Origin: Gordius albopunctatus
Taxonomy: Eukaryota
NCBI GenBank assembly: GCA_964276515.1
Contig: OZ193909.1
Location: 6,510,001-6,574,000 of the forward strand
Direction: 5' to 3'
DNA: 64,000 nucleotides
The translations under genes were made by a program, and so were the position numbers. The notes under the pieces were generated by a model. The model was given only the letters and a program-made list of their open reading frames with translations, ran no database searches and had not been told where the DNA came from. Below, in pieces: positions 34,601 through 48,402 of this stretch (the first letter of the stretch is position 1; the number at the start of each line of letters is the position of its first letter).

Positions 34601-37600
34601 TTAAACACCAGGGAATAATACTTATAAAAGTCAGAGAGATGAGAATTCTACGGTGGAGCTTGGGGTTAACTAAGCTCGACCATATGACGAATGACTTTCT
34701 CATGACAAAAATGAATATTCAACATATGGCGGATATGATTGACGAAAATTGGTTAAGGTGATATGAACATATACTAAGGGGGACACGAATGACGACAGAG
34801 AGGAAGAGGACGACCCCGTGTCACATGGAGCGGGCAAGGCGATAAAGTTATGAAAACTAAAGAGTAGTCAAGACATGGCACTCACCCGGTCAAGATGCAA
34901 GAAACTTATCAAAACAAACACCACGACCGTGGGATCAAATAACTGATAAAGAAGAAAAAGATTCAAACAAAGGACTTCACCCCTGTACCCCGGCTCGGAC
35001 TGCCCCTCTAAACCTTACTCAAGGGGCTCCGCTCCTTAAACCCCTGTCTACTTGCTGTCTTTGTGTGGCCTTATTAGGCTCTTCTTCGTATAGGAGCATT
35101 GATTTCCTATACAATTTAAGCAATAGTAAAAATTAACGGAGGGCAAATTGAGGGTAGAGGATCGGGCTACGTCTATAATGGTACCTGTTGACTTAAACTA
35201 CACAATATATCAGTAAAACATGATAACAATGAGCCCCTATTGCAATAAAGCTCGGTTGGCGGCCAATGATATACCTAAAGTTTCTAAGCTGATGTAAGCA
35301 GAATTGTAGTTTTCCCAAATAAGTGAAAAGCTGGAAGCGCTAAAATATGTTCAGGCGCAAAAATAAAACAGATTTTCAGGGCGGGTTGGGGTTTTGATTG
35401 AAGTCCGAAAACGGCCATTTGCCAGAATCGTGATTTTGCGGTAGGACCAAAAAAAGTTTTTAGCACCTTTACTAAAAAAAACAAACCTGTGGCAATTTAC
35501 AAATTAAATGATTCTTTAGGCATGTATTAATTTATTTGACAGTATATTTATATAGGCAAAATGTGTAAAGTAAAGCAATAAAAAAATAGATGATAAGTAC
35601 TTTGTTTTATGTGTTTAGATTTTGTATTTAGCGTGTTAATTCTTCCTACATTAAGTTCGTGAATTATTTCCCATAGGTCAATTATATTTTATTCGCTCAT
35701 TATATGATCGAGGCATAAGGATGAGCATGCACACCACCTATAGTATTTTCTAGAAATAATATAGCAAAACAACGTTTGCCGGGTCAGCTAGTACTTATAT
35801 AACCCCCTTAAATGACAAAAAGAATTTTAATACAAAAACTCTTAAAATCAAAAGAATTTATGTTTTGCCCCACCCCCCCCCCCAATCCAAAACCTGGCTA
35901 CGACATGTCCACTCGAGGGTTAAGTAAATATAAAATTTTGGCTTATTTTAAAATTATTTACCCCAACCAAGAAGTAGAAAGTATCTTATAGGGGACACCA
36001 TGTTACCAAAACCACGAAAGATCAATTGGTAAAGGAATACCCCTTCGGCTAACATCCAAAAGTATGTTGATGTGTAAGTCATGTTGTAAACAAAACTTAT
36101 CAATCCACAAACGTGCTAAAAATAATTTAAGAATATTTATCAATCATACGTAATATTATAGAGGTTTTTATAAAATTGATCTAATAATAATTAAAAAAAT
36201 ACTCTTTTAAACGATGAATTTATATTTTGTTACAAACTTTACTTTTTTGTATGCTTACTAGAAAATGTAAATCAAGAGCGATACAAAGTTTATAAATATG
36301 ACGTCTGTAATTCCCATGTAACGAGATAAAATTTGTGGGGAGGGGGTATAATTTTTCAATTGGCTTTAGTGCAATTAAAATAAACATTTATGAAATATGG
36401 AATATATATGAGAAGCAAAAAGATTATCAGTGCTAAAACTGGGCTCTAATTTTGAATGTATAAAAAAGTATCTAATTCAATAATAACTATCAATGTTTTA
36501 CGATTTTTGTGGAGAAGAAAGGCGTCCCCTTTTCGAAGGGCTGCATTTTAAGGGAATAGTATAAAAATACCCAACTTAAAATTGAGCCAATAAAGGAGGC
36601 TATAAGATTGCAATGAATGGTGTTGCGGGTGCATCTGAGTGACCTAATAGATTTAATTTATAGGATACATTATTTAGCATGTTTAAAAATATGAATCATA
36701 AGATATTACGGTTTAAAATAGTCCAAATTTATAGTGTGGTATGGGCTTGACTACTACGCCCATCTACTCTGGCTTAAATGTAATAGTAGTACTTGATTAA
36801 ATTTAAATTAGCCTAAATTTGTCAAGGGCCCAATATAATATATCCTGACTTGGGGTTCGATTAATGTTTTCAGGATTTTTAATTTAAGAATATCTTAGAA
36901 AGGACTAGCTTATGAAATAATAGTTTTGAACTTAAATTATAGAGCTCAATAAATCTTAACCCACTATCTAATCTACTTAGAATTTATATGTTTCTAAAGT
37001 TCGGCCTTCTATACACAAGGTAAATTAATAATAATAATAACGCCATAATTAATGCGAAATGTTGATTTTCGTTTTAAAGTCTATTTAGGAATGCTGATTT
37101 TGGGTGAACTCAAGATTATAAATAATTAAAACTTAATAAACTATTTTGTAAGCCTTAACTAATCAAAACATATTTTATCATAAATTCGATGTTGCCGAAA
37201 GCTAATCTCCACTCAATGGGGTGGTACACCTTAAATTTGCATAAAAACAATGAAACAAGCACTTTTTACATACATTACGGGGTCATGTGGATCATAGTAT
37301 AGTTTAGATTTAGAGTATCGATTAACAATTAAGTTTGGTATAGTTTGACTTAAAATTTTACCTAATTGATGTGAGTATTATCAGGGCTATCATCAAGGAG
37401 GCGAGCGAGATGGCGTAGCCGGTGTAATAAACATTGAGGGCAGTAGAGGTTTTGGACTAAGCGCAGAAATGAAGATTCGTAAAATTGTGAAGCAAAAATA
37501 ATTTTGCAAAAATAATAAATCAAACTATAGGAATTTAATGAAATAAATAAGAATTACCTCATAGGCTTTTGTAGATAAGACGGTGTTCCAATTAACTTTG

Positions 37601-38398
37601 CGTGACCACGTACCATTAGGGTAACACAACCTCGTTAAATTACCTAAATTTTGTTCATTAATTTCACATAAATATACTTGGATCATTCAGAGAGCATGGT
37701 AAAATCAAGCAGAGGCTATCACCCATATTTACAATATTCGTTTAATTAATTACAATTATTTTTATAATTTAAAAAGCTCATCAGCCGCTTGTCCCTAATT
37801 CTAGACCTACTCTTAAATAAAACCCGGCTAAGCCGAAGAGATCAATTTTAAATAAAATATTTTTAGTATCGACAACAAGATTTGTGGTAAAAGCGTACAT
37901 TTTTAAAATAGTTTCTGAAACCATGTTCACAGTTGACTAAATAGAAAAAATATTCTTATGCATAGCTAAAAATCACAAAAATAATCGCAAGTTTTATAAA
38001 TTAAAGTTTACTAAGCATTTGTACCAATTATGCGCTAAATATAATAATTTTTTCATTTAAAGTTAATTATTATTTTTTAGATATTTTCGTTAACATAAAT
38101 ATTTTCAAGCATAAAATTTTAATTTATTCAAATACCCAAAACTAGTGGTTGATAGCCTGCTCGAGAACCTATCGCATCGATTGAAGCATTGAAATTTGTG
38201 GTTAAATGAGGAGGGCATGGAATGACTGATAGCTTTCCTGAAGGAGTTATAGGCCATTGAATATTTTTGTATAAATTGCCCATGCAAAAGGGCGATCCAC
38301 CAGGACTGCCCGTTAAATTCATCGACATATTTCAATTTTTACCAGACGTGGAGTACTTACCAAATTTGACGAGATAAAACTTGTTTATCATCATATAC
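31663..38398 (-). CDS. class B1 (secretin/calcitonin/CRF/PDF-receptor family) peptide GPCR; 5'-most exon(s) unresolved (~38440-38610)
   Basis: Phase-consistent GT-AG exons: 38398-38361, 38305-38136 (C..WP.T..G..CP), 37643-37558 (LCYPNGTW), 37456-37362 (TM1 GYAISLASL), 36643-36502 (RSLRCTRNTIHCNL), 36115-35962 (YFWMLAEGVFL..GWG), 33121-33061, 32980-32908, 32624-32548, 32288-32171 (ILLG..SFQ), 32120-32079 (GFLVSLYFCFLNDE), 31965-31663 (VQ...stop). Confidence 0.92.
33424..35791 (+). mobile_element. non-autonomous Helitron (possibly composite) in the GPCR intron
   Basis: A|TCTATATATATATATAATTCTCGTGTCACGG start; GCAAAACAACGTTTGC hairpin and GTCAGCTAG|T end; A/T insertion site, no TSD. Confidence 0.75.
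34634..34960 (+). mobile_element. 3' fragment of an RTE-clade non-LTR retrotransposon
   Basis: Decayed EMRILRWSLGLTKLD, LR*YEHI and RGRGRPRVTW motifs, then an aagaagaaaag tail. Confidence 0.75.
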
Positions 38399-38799
38399 CT
38401 ATTTTTCGCAAATAATAGTATGCACAAACTATACTACAAATACCTCGCTAAAAGTTTGAATCTCCAAATTATAGGTTTTAAATAGCAACAACTTGTTTAT
38501 GATTTAAATGTACATAGCTAAATTATGAGTACCTTACCACTTTATAGACCGGTTGGCAAAGTTAATTGTTAAAAGAAGCAAACAAACTCTTAAATTAAAT
38601 TTTTCTTTAATATTGTTTTGAGCCACCTACTAGTAAAATTATTATCGAAACCGGCTTATTTTATGGAGTTAATGTTTAAAATTAAAGTCTTATGCAGCAC
38701 ACATTTTATAAATTAATTTAAATTTTCTTTAAAGTCAGGGGCATAGCTAATTTTATATTTTCATATTAATTTTAATTTATAAATAAAAAATTTATCAGA

Positions 38800-39593
38800 T
38801 CCGAAAGTAAAAAAAATACTCGGGCCTTCGGCCCTCGTGGGAAGGGGGAAGGGGAGGAGGGGAGGGAAGGGGGAACTCATCTACACTCCGTATAAATGTA
38901 TCATATTTGCTATGCAATTTATGGGCGAGAAAGGTGGGAAGGGGTGAGAATGCCTATAGGCGGGGGGGGGGGGTATTAAATGTAAAATAATTAGTTAATT
39001 ATTAATACAAATTTTCGATTTAATTAAAAAAAATTGCCTTCTCCGGCATTCGAACTCACATTCGTAGAGCCAGCCTTATGGTTATTTTATTCCATTGGTC
39101 AGCAGCCAGCGGACGGCCAAAAAGTCATAATAGCAATGGTAGGAACAGGAACAATCATAATAGTCAAAAAAACGAAAAAATAAACTCGGATACACATTTT
39201 GGCCAATGGTCATTTTTTTCATTGGTCAGCAGCCAGCGGACGGCCAAAAAGTCTTATTATCAATGATAGTAACAAGAACAATCATAAGAGTCAAAAAAAC
39301 TCTGGGATTCTAACCCAAAAACTAGATGAATTGCATAGCAATTATTAAAAAGTATAGGGTAATTATCAATGTTAACCTATTCAAAAACGAACAAAAAATT
39401 TCGATTTATTTTGCCAATGGTAATTTTTTTCAATGGTCAGTAGCCTGCGGACGGTCAAAAAGTCATATTATCAATGGTGTTAAAACAATATATTAATTTA
39501 ATTTAAAAAAAGCTGGCGCCAATAACTTGGTGGATGGACGACGGACGGACGACGGACAACCAAAAACGAGCCCATAAATTGCATAGCAATTAA
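38800..39593 (-). mobile_element. Helentron/DINE-1-like element
   Basis: gggccttcggccc hairpin, ttgctatgcaatttatgggc subTIR, (gacg)n microsatellite, terminal gagcccataaattgcatagcaattaa. Confidence 0.8.
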
Positions 39594-41234
39594 TTATTGA
39601 TTTAAAATTGATTTCGATAGTTTTAAATGGCAACAAAATGTTATCTCCAAAAAACATCTTAAAATATTTTTGCTAGAAGTGAAAGCATTAGGAAAAATGC
39701 ATTAATTAAAAGTTTTTTTTTATTATATTTCATCCAAAGTATCTCTCTTAACAAGCCATTCATTATCTTCAGTAAGCACCATAAAAAAATAAAAAGCAGA
39801 TATTCTTAAACGTTTGCTAAATTAAAATGAGTCCGTCTGTTTTATCAAGTAATCTAGATTTTAAGGCTAATAATGGTTGTGGCCATATTGTGCGGAAATT
39901 AAAGAAGAAAATTGGATCATTTTTTTAAAACTCTAATTTTTTTAAATTATATGTGTAAAAGAATGTTTTTTATACATTTTTATCATTCGTTTAAAAATAA
40001 TCATGGCAATTATACTTTATTCTAGTTTGGGCAATAAAACAAGGTGGGATATTAATATGTAAAAAAGAAAAATAGGGGTTCAGAAAATGGTTAAAAAGTT
40101 TTGTGATATCAATTATGTGTTTATTATATTTTATGACATAAATCAGGATATTTACCTTTCTTGACTTTAAAATTGCGCAAATCCAAATAAGAGATGTAAA
40201 TTACAAAGAAATTGGTCAGTTTATGTTTAGGCGACTAAGACCAAAGGTCGACAAACAGAACCCAGGCGTTTTTACAACACTACACAAAACTATTCATCTC
40301 ATATTGTCCAAAATATAGCCGAGAATTGGAAAAAACCAAATGATTGACTTATTTCTCAAAGTGATTTCCTTTTTAACAAAGTAGAAATATTGAATATTAT
40401 AATGTAGACAACATTATTTTAAATCAACCAACTTAGATCCTAAATTTAGGATTAACTTCTCGGCGTATGGTATAACTGATGAGATTGTCTACAGGGATTA
40501 ATAATAAATTATTATCAATACACACTAATTATATCATTAACGACGTCGCAATTGTTCTATGATGCTCCCTATATGGACACATATAAAATGCGCTTATAAA
40601 TCTTGTCCATTAAATTACGGTTTAATTGTAAAATCAATATTTTTGACTTTCTGCCCACAGCCACGACCCTAAAAGGCGTAAAATTATCTAAGCTGTCCTC
40701 TGGTTTTATAATTATTCAATTACAAATTAATTCTGTAAAATGATCATAAAAATTGCCCATTATAATTTAGAAGTTAAAAAACAGTAATTGATAATTTATA
40801 ATTACTCATTTTGTTCAAAATATATTTAAGGGGAACCACCCATACTAATGCTCTGTTCAACAAATTGATACTTTTTATAGCTCCAAAATAATTTTAAATT
40901 TACAAAGGTATGGCAACCGCCTGTAGTAAACAACGTTTATTTACTTGAATAATGTGATTAGTATTTATATAAGAAACGAACTTGACCTATGAGGTGTGTT
41001 AACAATATCTTTATAATTTGTGATTGCAAATATTTTCTAAAATTGTGAACAAACTAAAAGTAATCATTGTTTAGGCAAGAATATTGTAATAAAATATTAA
41101 ATCGACAAATACGCCGGTTGGACATATTTAACGTTAGATTAGGCCAGGAATCTTGTGTGAATAAAACTTTATCTCTTTTCAAGTAAAAGGGCAGATGGCA
41201 TGCAAAAATTAAGGGGATTTTAATTAAACAAAAT

Positions 41235-43385
41235 CAATTGGTATAAATAAACTCGGGCCTTCGGCCCTCGTGGGAAGGGGGAAGGGGAGGAGGGGAAGGA
41301 AGGGGGAACTCATCTACACTCCGTATAAATGTATCATATTTGCTATGCAATTTATGGAAATACTTACGTGAATATTGCAAAACGAAGGTTGGAAGCACTA
41401 AATAAGTGTATATGCCAAATATCATAAAGGGGGAGAGAGGGAGCGAAGGGGAAGCTTTATGGTTAGTTAAATTCTACGGGAGTTGTATTACCAAAAAGTC
41501 ATAATAGCAATGGTAGGAACAGGAACAATCATAATAGTCAAAAAAAACGAAAAAAAAATTTTCGAATCACATTTTGGCCAAAGGTCATTTTTTTCCATTG
41601 GTCAGCAGCCAGGACACGGTAAAAGTGGATATAAATTCATAACAGTCAAAAAAAAACGAAAAAAAATTTTCGAATCACATTTTGGCCAATGGTCATTTTA
41701 TTCCATTGGTCAGCAGCCAGCGGACGGCCAAAAAGTCATAATAGCAATGGTAGGAACAGGAACAATCATAATATTCAAAAAAAACGAAAAAATAAACTCG
41801 GATACACATTTTGGCCAATGGTCATTTTTTTCCATTGGTCAGCAGCCAGGACACGGTAAAAGTGGATATAAATTCATAACAGTAAAAAAAAAACGAAAAA
41901 AAAGTTTTCGAATCACATTTTGGCCAATGGTCATTTTATTCCATTGGTCAGCAGCCAGCGGACGGCCAAAAAGTCATAATAGCAATGGTAGGAACAGGAA
42001 CAATCATAATAGTCAAAAAAAACGGAAAAAATAATTTCGATTCACATTTTGGCCAATGGTCATTTTTTTCCATTGGTCAGCAGCCAGGACACGGTAAAAG
42101 TGGATATAAATTCATAACAGTCAAAAAAAACGAAAAAAAAATTTTCGAATCACATTTTGGCCAATGGTCATTTTATTCCATTGGTCAGCAGCCAGCGGAC
42201 GGCCAAAAAGTCATAATAGCAATGGTAGGAACAGGAACAATCATAATATTCAAAAAAACGAAAAAATAAACTCGGATACACATTTTGGCCAATGGTCATT
42301 TTTTTCATTGGTCAGCAGCCAGCGGACGGCCAAAAAGTCTTATTATCATTGATAGTAACAAGAACAATCATAAGAGTCAAAAAAAACTCCGGGATTCTAA
42401 CCCAAAAACTAGATAAATTGCATAGCAATTATTAAAAAGTATAGGGTAATTATCAATGTTAACCTATTCAAAAACGAACAAAAAATTTTTATTTATTTGG
42501 CCAATGGTAATTTTTTTCAATTATCAATGTTAACTTATTCAAAAAGGAAAAACGAAAAATTAGGATTTATTTGGCCAATGTTCATTTTTTCATTGGTCAG
42601 TAGCCAGCGGACGGTCAAAAAGTCATATTATCAATGGTATTAACAAGAACAAAATATTAAATTAATTAAAAAAATAAAAATTTTGCCCTCTCCGGGATTC
42701 GAACCCACATTAAATAGAGGCATAAGCCTTTGGAGGGGAACAGGGAACCATATAAATAGAGCCATAGGCCCTTGTAGGGGAGGGCATAGGGTAATTATCA
42801 ATGTTAAACTATTCAAAAACGAAAAATTAAAAATTTCGATTTATCTGGCAAGTGGTCATTTTTTCATTGGTCAGTAGCCTGCGGACGGTCAAAAATTCAT
42901 ATTATCAATGGTATTAACAAGAAAAAAATATTAATTTAATTTAAAAAAAAATAAAAATTTTTGTCCTCTCCGGGTCTCGAACCATCAATTTAGAACGTTC
43001 GCCGGGATTCAAACCCACATTAAATAGAGGCATAAGCCTTTGGAGGGGAACAGGGAACCATATAAATAGAGCCATAGGCCCTTGTAGGGGACGGCATAGG
43101 GTAATTATCAATGTTAAACTATTCAAAAACGAAAAATTAAAAATTTCGATTTATCTGGCCAGTGGTCATTTTTTCATTGGTCAGTAGCCTGCGGACGGTC
43201 AAAAATTCATATTATCAATGGTATTAACAAGAAAAAAATATTAATTTAATTTAAAAAAAAAAAAAAAATTTTGTCCTCTCCGGGTCTCGAACCCGCAACC
43301 TCCAGGTCGGGAAGCTGGTGTAAATAACTTGGTAGACGGACGGACGGACAACCAAAAACGAGCCCATAAATTGCATAGCAATTAA
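41235..43385 (-). mobile_element. Helentron/DINE-1-like element with an expanded internal tandem array
   Basis: Same termini as 38800-39593; ~237-238-bp units start at 41491, 41728, 41966 and 42203, followed by ~300-bp units at ~42600-43270. Confidence 0.82.
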
Positions 43386-43998
43386 AAAATAGAATTGGCA
43401 ACAAAATAACTTTGCTGATTGGGTTATCAACACAATTTATAAATAAGGCAAGCTTGGAAATAATGGTAGTAGGCACTAGCAGCAGGAACGTCTAGTCTAG
43501 CTAGTAGGTATATCGGACGGAGTTTGATTAGGTGTAGGCGAATGATAAAGTTATGGAATCCATTTTAACGATGTTACAATTAAAAAGCCACCATACTTAT
43601 GCAAAATCACTTTATAGTGCCAAGAATAACATATAGCAAGCTGTTTCAGTTGGTTAACGCGATAATTTGTATATTTAAACAGCTAAGTATTATTATTTAA
43701 AGATTAGTATATAATAGCATTGTTAACACATGTAATAATAAAATTTAACATTAGAGTTCAATATTTTTTAACGCATAAATTTAAATGCCTACTTTTTCCT
43801 ATGAATCACCCAATATTGCCCTTCGAAATTGCAAAATGTAATATTTAGGGGAAATAACAATAATTAATTCCTATGCAATTTATGGGCTCACTTTCCATTT
43901 TCCGAGTCCCCACCGAACGTGTCCCCACCGAACATGTCACGCTGCCGAACGTCCGCGTCCGCATACACTGTCACGCTGCCAAACGTCCGCGTCCGCAT

Positions 43999-45374
43999 TA
44001 GAGGTCTGCAGGGGCCGGGCCGGACCTGAAAATGAGCACTAAAAAAAGTGCGGGCCGGGCTTGGGCTTTGATAAGTGAAAAAATTTAAATATATTAAACT
44101 CTATACTATCATTATAGTATTGACACAAAAAAATGCATTTATTATCTTGATGATAAAAAATTTATTTTTTATAACAAAAATTTGCTATTTGAACAGTATT
44201 ATTTTGAGGGAAAATTTAATATTATATTTTTCGTTAATTAAGTAAATTAATTGAATGGATAGAAGGTAGTGTTTGTTTTTAACTTCATTGTTTATTTTTT
44301 CCCTCGCTTTTCAAATTCTTAGATTGCCTAATATTTGTTCCAAGATCTCATTGACGTTGTTTTAAGCTTTAAGGTAATTCATTAAAAAATTTTATTTTAT
44401 AATTAATTAGTTTTAGCTACACTTCTCCTTCTTATTACAAACTTATAATATCAACATTGCTATTCTTGTTAAAACCATGGTAACACAAACTTTAAATAAA
44501 TTAATGCAAGAAGATCCTAGCTCTTCATGCATCAGTCGTCCATCTATGAGCAATTCAGCTCAGGTATGTAGGCAATTAGCTATTGGTGAAGTCGATATGG
44601 ATATCTCCGTTTGGGAGGACGATGAAAGAGAGCAGATTGAGGAGAGCAATGAATTTGATACTTATTTTAAATTAAATCTTAAACCGATAGATGATGAGCT
44701 TGATATTATTTCATGGTGGAAAGAACACGGCCTTATCCTACCTAATTTGAAAAAGTTAGCTGTACAGTTTTTGGCAATTCCAGCCACAAGCGCTACAAGT
44801 GAACGCACGTTTAGTAACATGGGCGTAGCCAGCTTTCGGATCAGGGGGGGGGGCGAGCAAAAAAAAATCGCCGAGACTAAGTGAGAGCAAAAAAAAAAAG
44901 GTCGCCGAGACCTTTTTTTGGTATAAAATTTTCTACATAAAACTTAATTTCAATCAGGGGGGGGGGGCGAAACACTAATTTTTTCCAATTTTTACATAAA
45001 CTTACATTAAAAAATAGAAAAATTCTCATTCAGGGGGGGGGGGGGCGGCCGCCCCCCCCCCCTGCCTACGCCCATGTTTAGTAAGATACTACTACCTGAT
45101 AGAATAGACAGTTTATTATTTCTAAATGACAATATTGAATTATAATTTTTTTTATTAATATCGTTTTTATATGCTATAACAATTTTTTCATACATGCAAA
45201 ATTGTTTCTATATAAATAAATTTTTTTGAAAACATTGAAGCTTTTTTCTCGTGCGGGCCTGATGCGGCGCATTTTTTGTTGTCATTTTGCGGGGCGGGTA
45301 TGGGTAAAAAAATATATATTTGTGCGGGTATGGGCCGGGCCTGACCCTGAAATTTCGGCCCATGCAGACCTCTA
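43999..45374 (+). mobile_element. non-autonomous hAT element with a C-terminal transposase remnant
   Basis: TIRs tagaggtctgca / tgcagacctcta; perfect TSD gtccgcat; ORF 44477 has the hAT dimerization motif WWK..LPNL..LA..FLAIPATSATSERTFS. Confidence 0.92.
44818..45076. mobile_element. CATGGGCGTAGCC-family MITE nested in the hAT remnant
   Basis: TIRs catgggcgtag / ctacgcccatg; perfect TSD tttagtaa. Confidence 0.93.
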
Positions 45375-46078
45375 GTCCGCATACACACACGCTTAACGCT
45401 TATTATGCCTCTCCAGATCTGGGGTTCGAATCCCGGAGAGGCCAAAAATTTTTTAATTGTTTTTTTATTTTTTAAATTAATATATTGTTATTGTTACCAC
45501 CATTGATAATATGACTTTTTGGCCTTCCGCTGGCTCCTGACCAATGGAAAAAATGACCATTGGCCAAAGTGTGAAGCGAAATTTTTTGTTTCTATTTTTT
45601 TTGACTAGCATTGATAATTACCTTATGCCCTCTCCTAGAAGGGCCTATGCCTCTACTGATATGGGTCCCTGTGCCCCCCCCCCTTACAAAGGTTTATGCC
45701 TCTCCAGATCTGGGGTTCAAAACCCGGGAGAGGCCAAAAAATTTTTAATTGTTTTTTTATTTTTTAAATTAAATTAATATATTGTTATTGTTACTACCAT
45801 CGATAATATGACTTTTTGGCCGTCCGCTCCCTGTGCCCCCCCCCCCTACAAAGTTTCATGTCTCTCCAGATCTGGGGTTCGAATCCCAGAGAGGCCAAAA
45901 AATTAAAAAAAACTTTTATTTTTTAAATTAAATTAATATATTGTTATTGTTACTACCATTGATAATATGACCTTTTAGCCGTCCGCTGGCTACTGACCAA
46001 TGGAAAAAAATGACCATTGACCAAAGTGTGCATCAAAAATTTTTTTTCGTTTTTTTTGACTCTTATGATTGTTCCTAG

Positions 46079-48402
46079 TACGCCTCTGGGAAATATTCGA
46101 GATTCGATTCGAATTCGGATTCGATTCGAAGAATTCGAATCCTTATGTGTAAATTTCGAATCGAATATTTAATTGCTAAGATTCGAAAATCCGAATCGAA
46201 TCCTGAAAAAATCATAAATTTGATTTTTTTGAATTTAAATTTAAATACAGAAGCGGACGCAACTATTCAGCTGTTTTTTCGTACCGCATTTTAGTTATTT
46301 TCCTGCTTGATGCGCTAAATTTAAATATTTTAAACTTTAAACTTTAATATATTTAGAGATGTCTTCTAATTCTAATTTTGGTAAGTTTATAATAAAAAAT
46401 ATATTTATATTTAAAAAGATTTTTGTAACAATATACTGCTATAAAACATTTATGAATACTTTATTTATTTAGGTTAATTATTAACATGAAAATAGTGTAA
46501 AAACAAGGTTAGGATCCTCATTTTCTATATTGTAATTGGGCAATAGTATTAATTTGCATTTAATTAATAAATTAATCCTTATACTATAAATGTATATAAT
46601 ATATATTAGAACTCTTGATACTTATTTTTATTTGTTTCAATCAATAATTATTTTAATATTGGTAGAAAAATCTAAATTATTCATTCCCAAATATACATTT
46701 AAACATCTCACTATTAGAATTAGAATTTTGGCCATTGATTCTTTTGGCCAAAAGTGAAATATTTATGAGGGCATGTATGATCTCGGTAAAGATATAGCTT
46801 TAGTCTCCCCTACTTTTCTATAATATTTTAACATATTTTTTAATTCCTATTTATATTGTTAGTTACATTTAGATAATTTTGATGTTGAAGAGATAAAAAG
46901 AAAAAAATCTATAATATGGGACCATTTCACCCATGACAAATCACTTAATAAAGCAACTTGCAACCATTGCTTTAAAGTCTTCGTATACAACAAATCAGGA
47001 ACGACTTCAGCTTTAAATAAGCACTATAAAAGTTTCCATACAAAGCCCCTTAAAGATGAAAATGAAAATATTCAAAAATATTTAAATCCTAAATATGATG
47101 ATAAGCATTATTTGTTAAAATGGATGGTAGAATGTAATATATCATTCAAAGCCTTAAACAGCTTAAATTTCAAAAAATTTCAATTGGCTAGAAGTACAAC
47201 TATGCAGATTTATACATCAGATATAATGAAAAAATATTTAGACGAAGTCTATATAGAAACATCAAAACAAATTAAATTAAAATTATCACAAGTTTGTTCA
47301 CAATTGAATTACACCATTGAATGGTCATCTCCCATTGGGGTCCCATTCCTAGCATTAACATGTCATTTTATTAATGATAAATGGGAGCTAGAAAATATTT
47401 TAGTAGATTGCCATCCATTTATTGATAAACATTCAGGAGAAAACATATGTGATGTTTTTCTAACAATATTAAACAATAATGGCATCAGCTTGAACGATTG
47501 TTCAATTACCTTAGATAATGACAGGAATAATGTTTCATTTATTGAGGTCCTCTCAAGTAAATACCCCTCGTTAAATATTGTGGGTGTTCGCTCTATGGGA
47601 CACATCATAAACCTAGCAGCTAAACAGGTTATGGAGAATGTAGATCGTAATTTAATTAAATTAAGGACCTTGATAAAAATAGCCAGACAGCCCAAAAATA
47701 TATCACGACTAAATGCTATTTGCAAAGAATTTGACCCGCCTATCAATTACATAAAGGTGAAACTCTACATGGCAGTCAGGTGGAATAGCACCTACATAAT
47801 GATTGAAAAGGCTATTTTAATGAGGCAGGCATTGGACGATTTAGCCTTTAAATTCTACAAAGAGGAATTATTATCCAACGTCGAATGGGAAGAAATTGAA
47901 AGGCGTAAATTCCTACTTTTTCCCTTTTACAGTGCCACTAATTTAATATCCGGGGAGCAATATCCCACGATGAATTTAGTATTACCCGTATATTACCAAC
48001 TTATAGAAACTTTGGCCACCGTAGAAGATCATGCTGTTAAAATGGCTAAGCATAAAATTGAAAAATATATGGCATTTAATAAGAAAATAGCCTTATTAGC
48101 GAGTGTCGTCGATCCAAGACTCAAAATTCAATATTTTGAGTGTTTATCACCAATACACGACATATCTTATAGCGAAATTAAAGATGACTTGGAAGCTGCT
48201 ATAGGAAGTCAGCTTGATTTTGTCCCAACTAGCGAGGTATCAGCCCTCGATCGTCTATTTAAAAGTGATATGAACGCGAAGTCTCCATTGGAGACATATT
48301 TAAACGAACCACGGGTGGCCTCCAATGTTGAGCCTTTACAATGGTGGAAATCGAAACAACGTCGTTTTCCAGATTCGATTCGATTCGAAATCCAGAGGCG
48401 TA
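46079..48402 (+). mobile_element. Ac-like hAT transposon with a spliced, 3'-deleted transposase
   Basis: TIRs tacgcctctgg / ccagaggcgta; TSD gttcctag/gttcttag; subterminal (gattc)n repeats. Confidence 0.92.
46359..48360 (+). pseudogene. BED-finger hAT transposase, truncated before the catalytic Glu
   Basis: Putative exon 46359-46380 spliced to 46873; BED finger SIIWDHF..ATCNHC..GTTSALNKH; TLDN, GHIINL, RWNSTY, DPRLK, PLQWWK; then runs into the terminal repeats. First-Asp motif and CxxH are degenerate. Confidence 0.85.

Noticed and set aside
41483..42352. Repetitive ORFs up to 183 aa (GQWSFFSIGQQP...)
   Set aside because: Translations of the non-coding HINE tandem array; the frame shifts with A-run length between copies.
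45400..45445. tRNA gene call from GGTTCGAATCC
   Set aside because: No D-arm or complete cloverleaf; embedded in TE repeats. Reported only as a tRNA-derived module.
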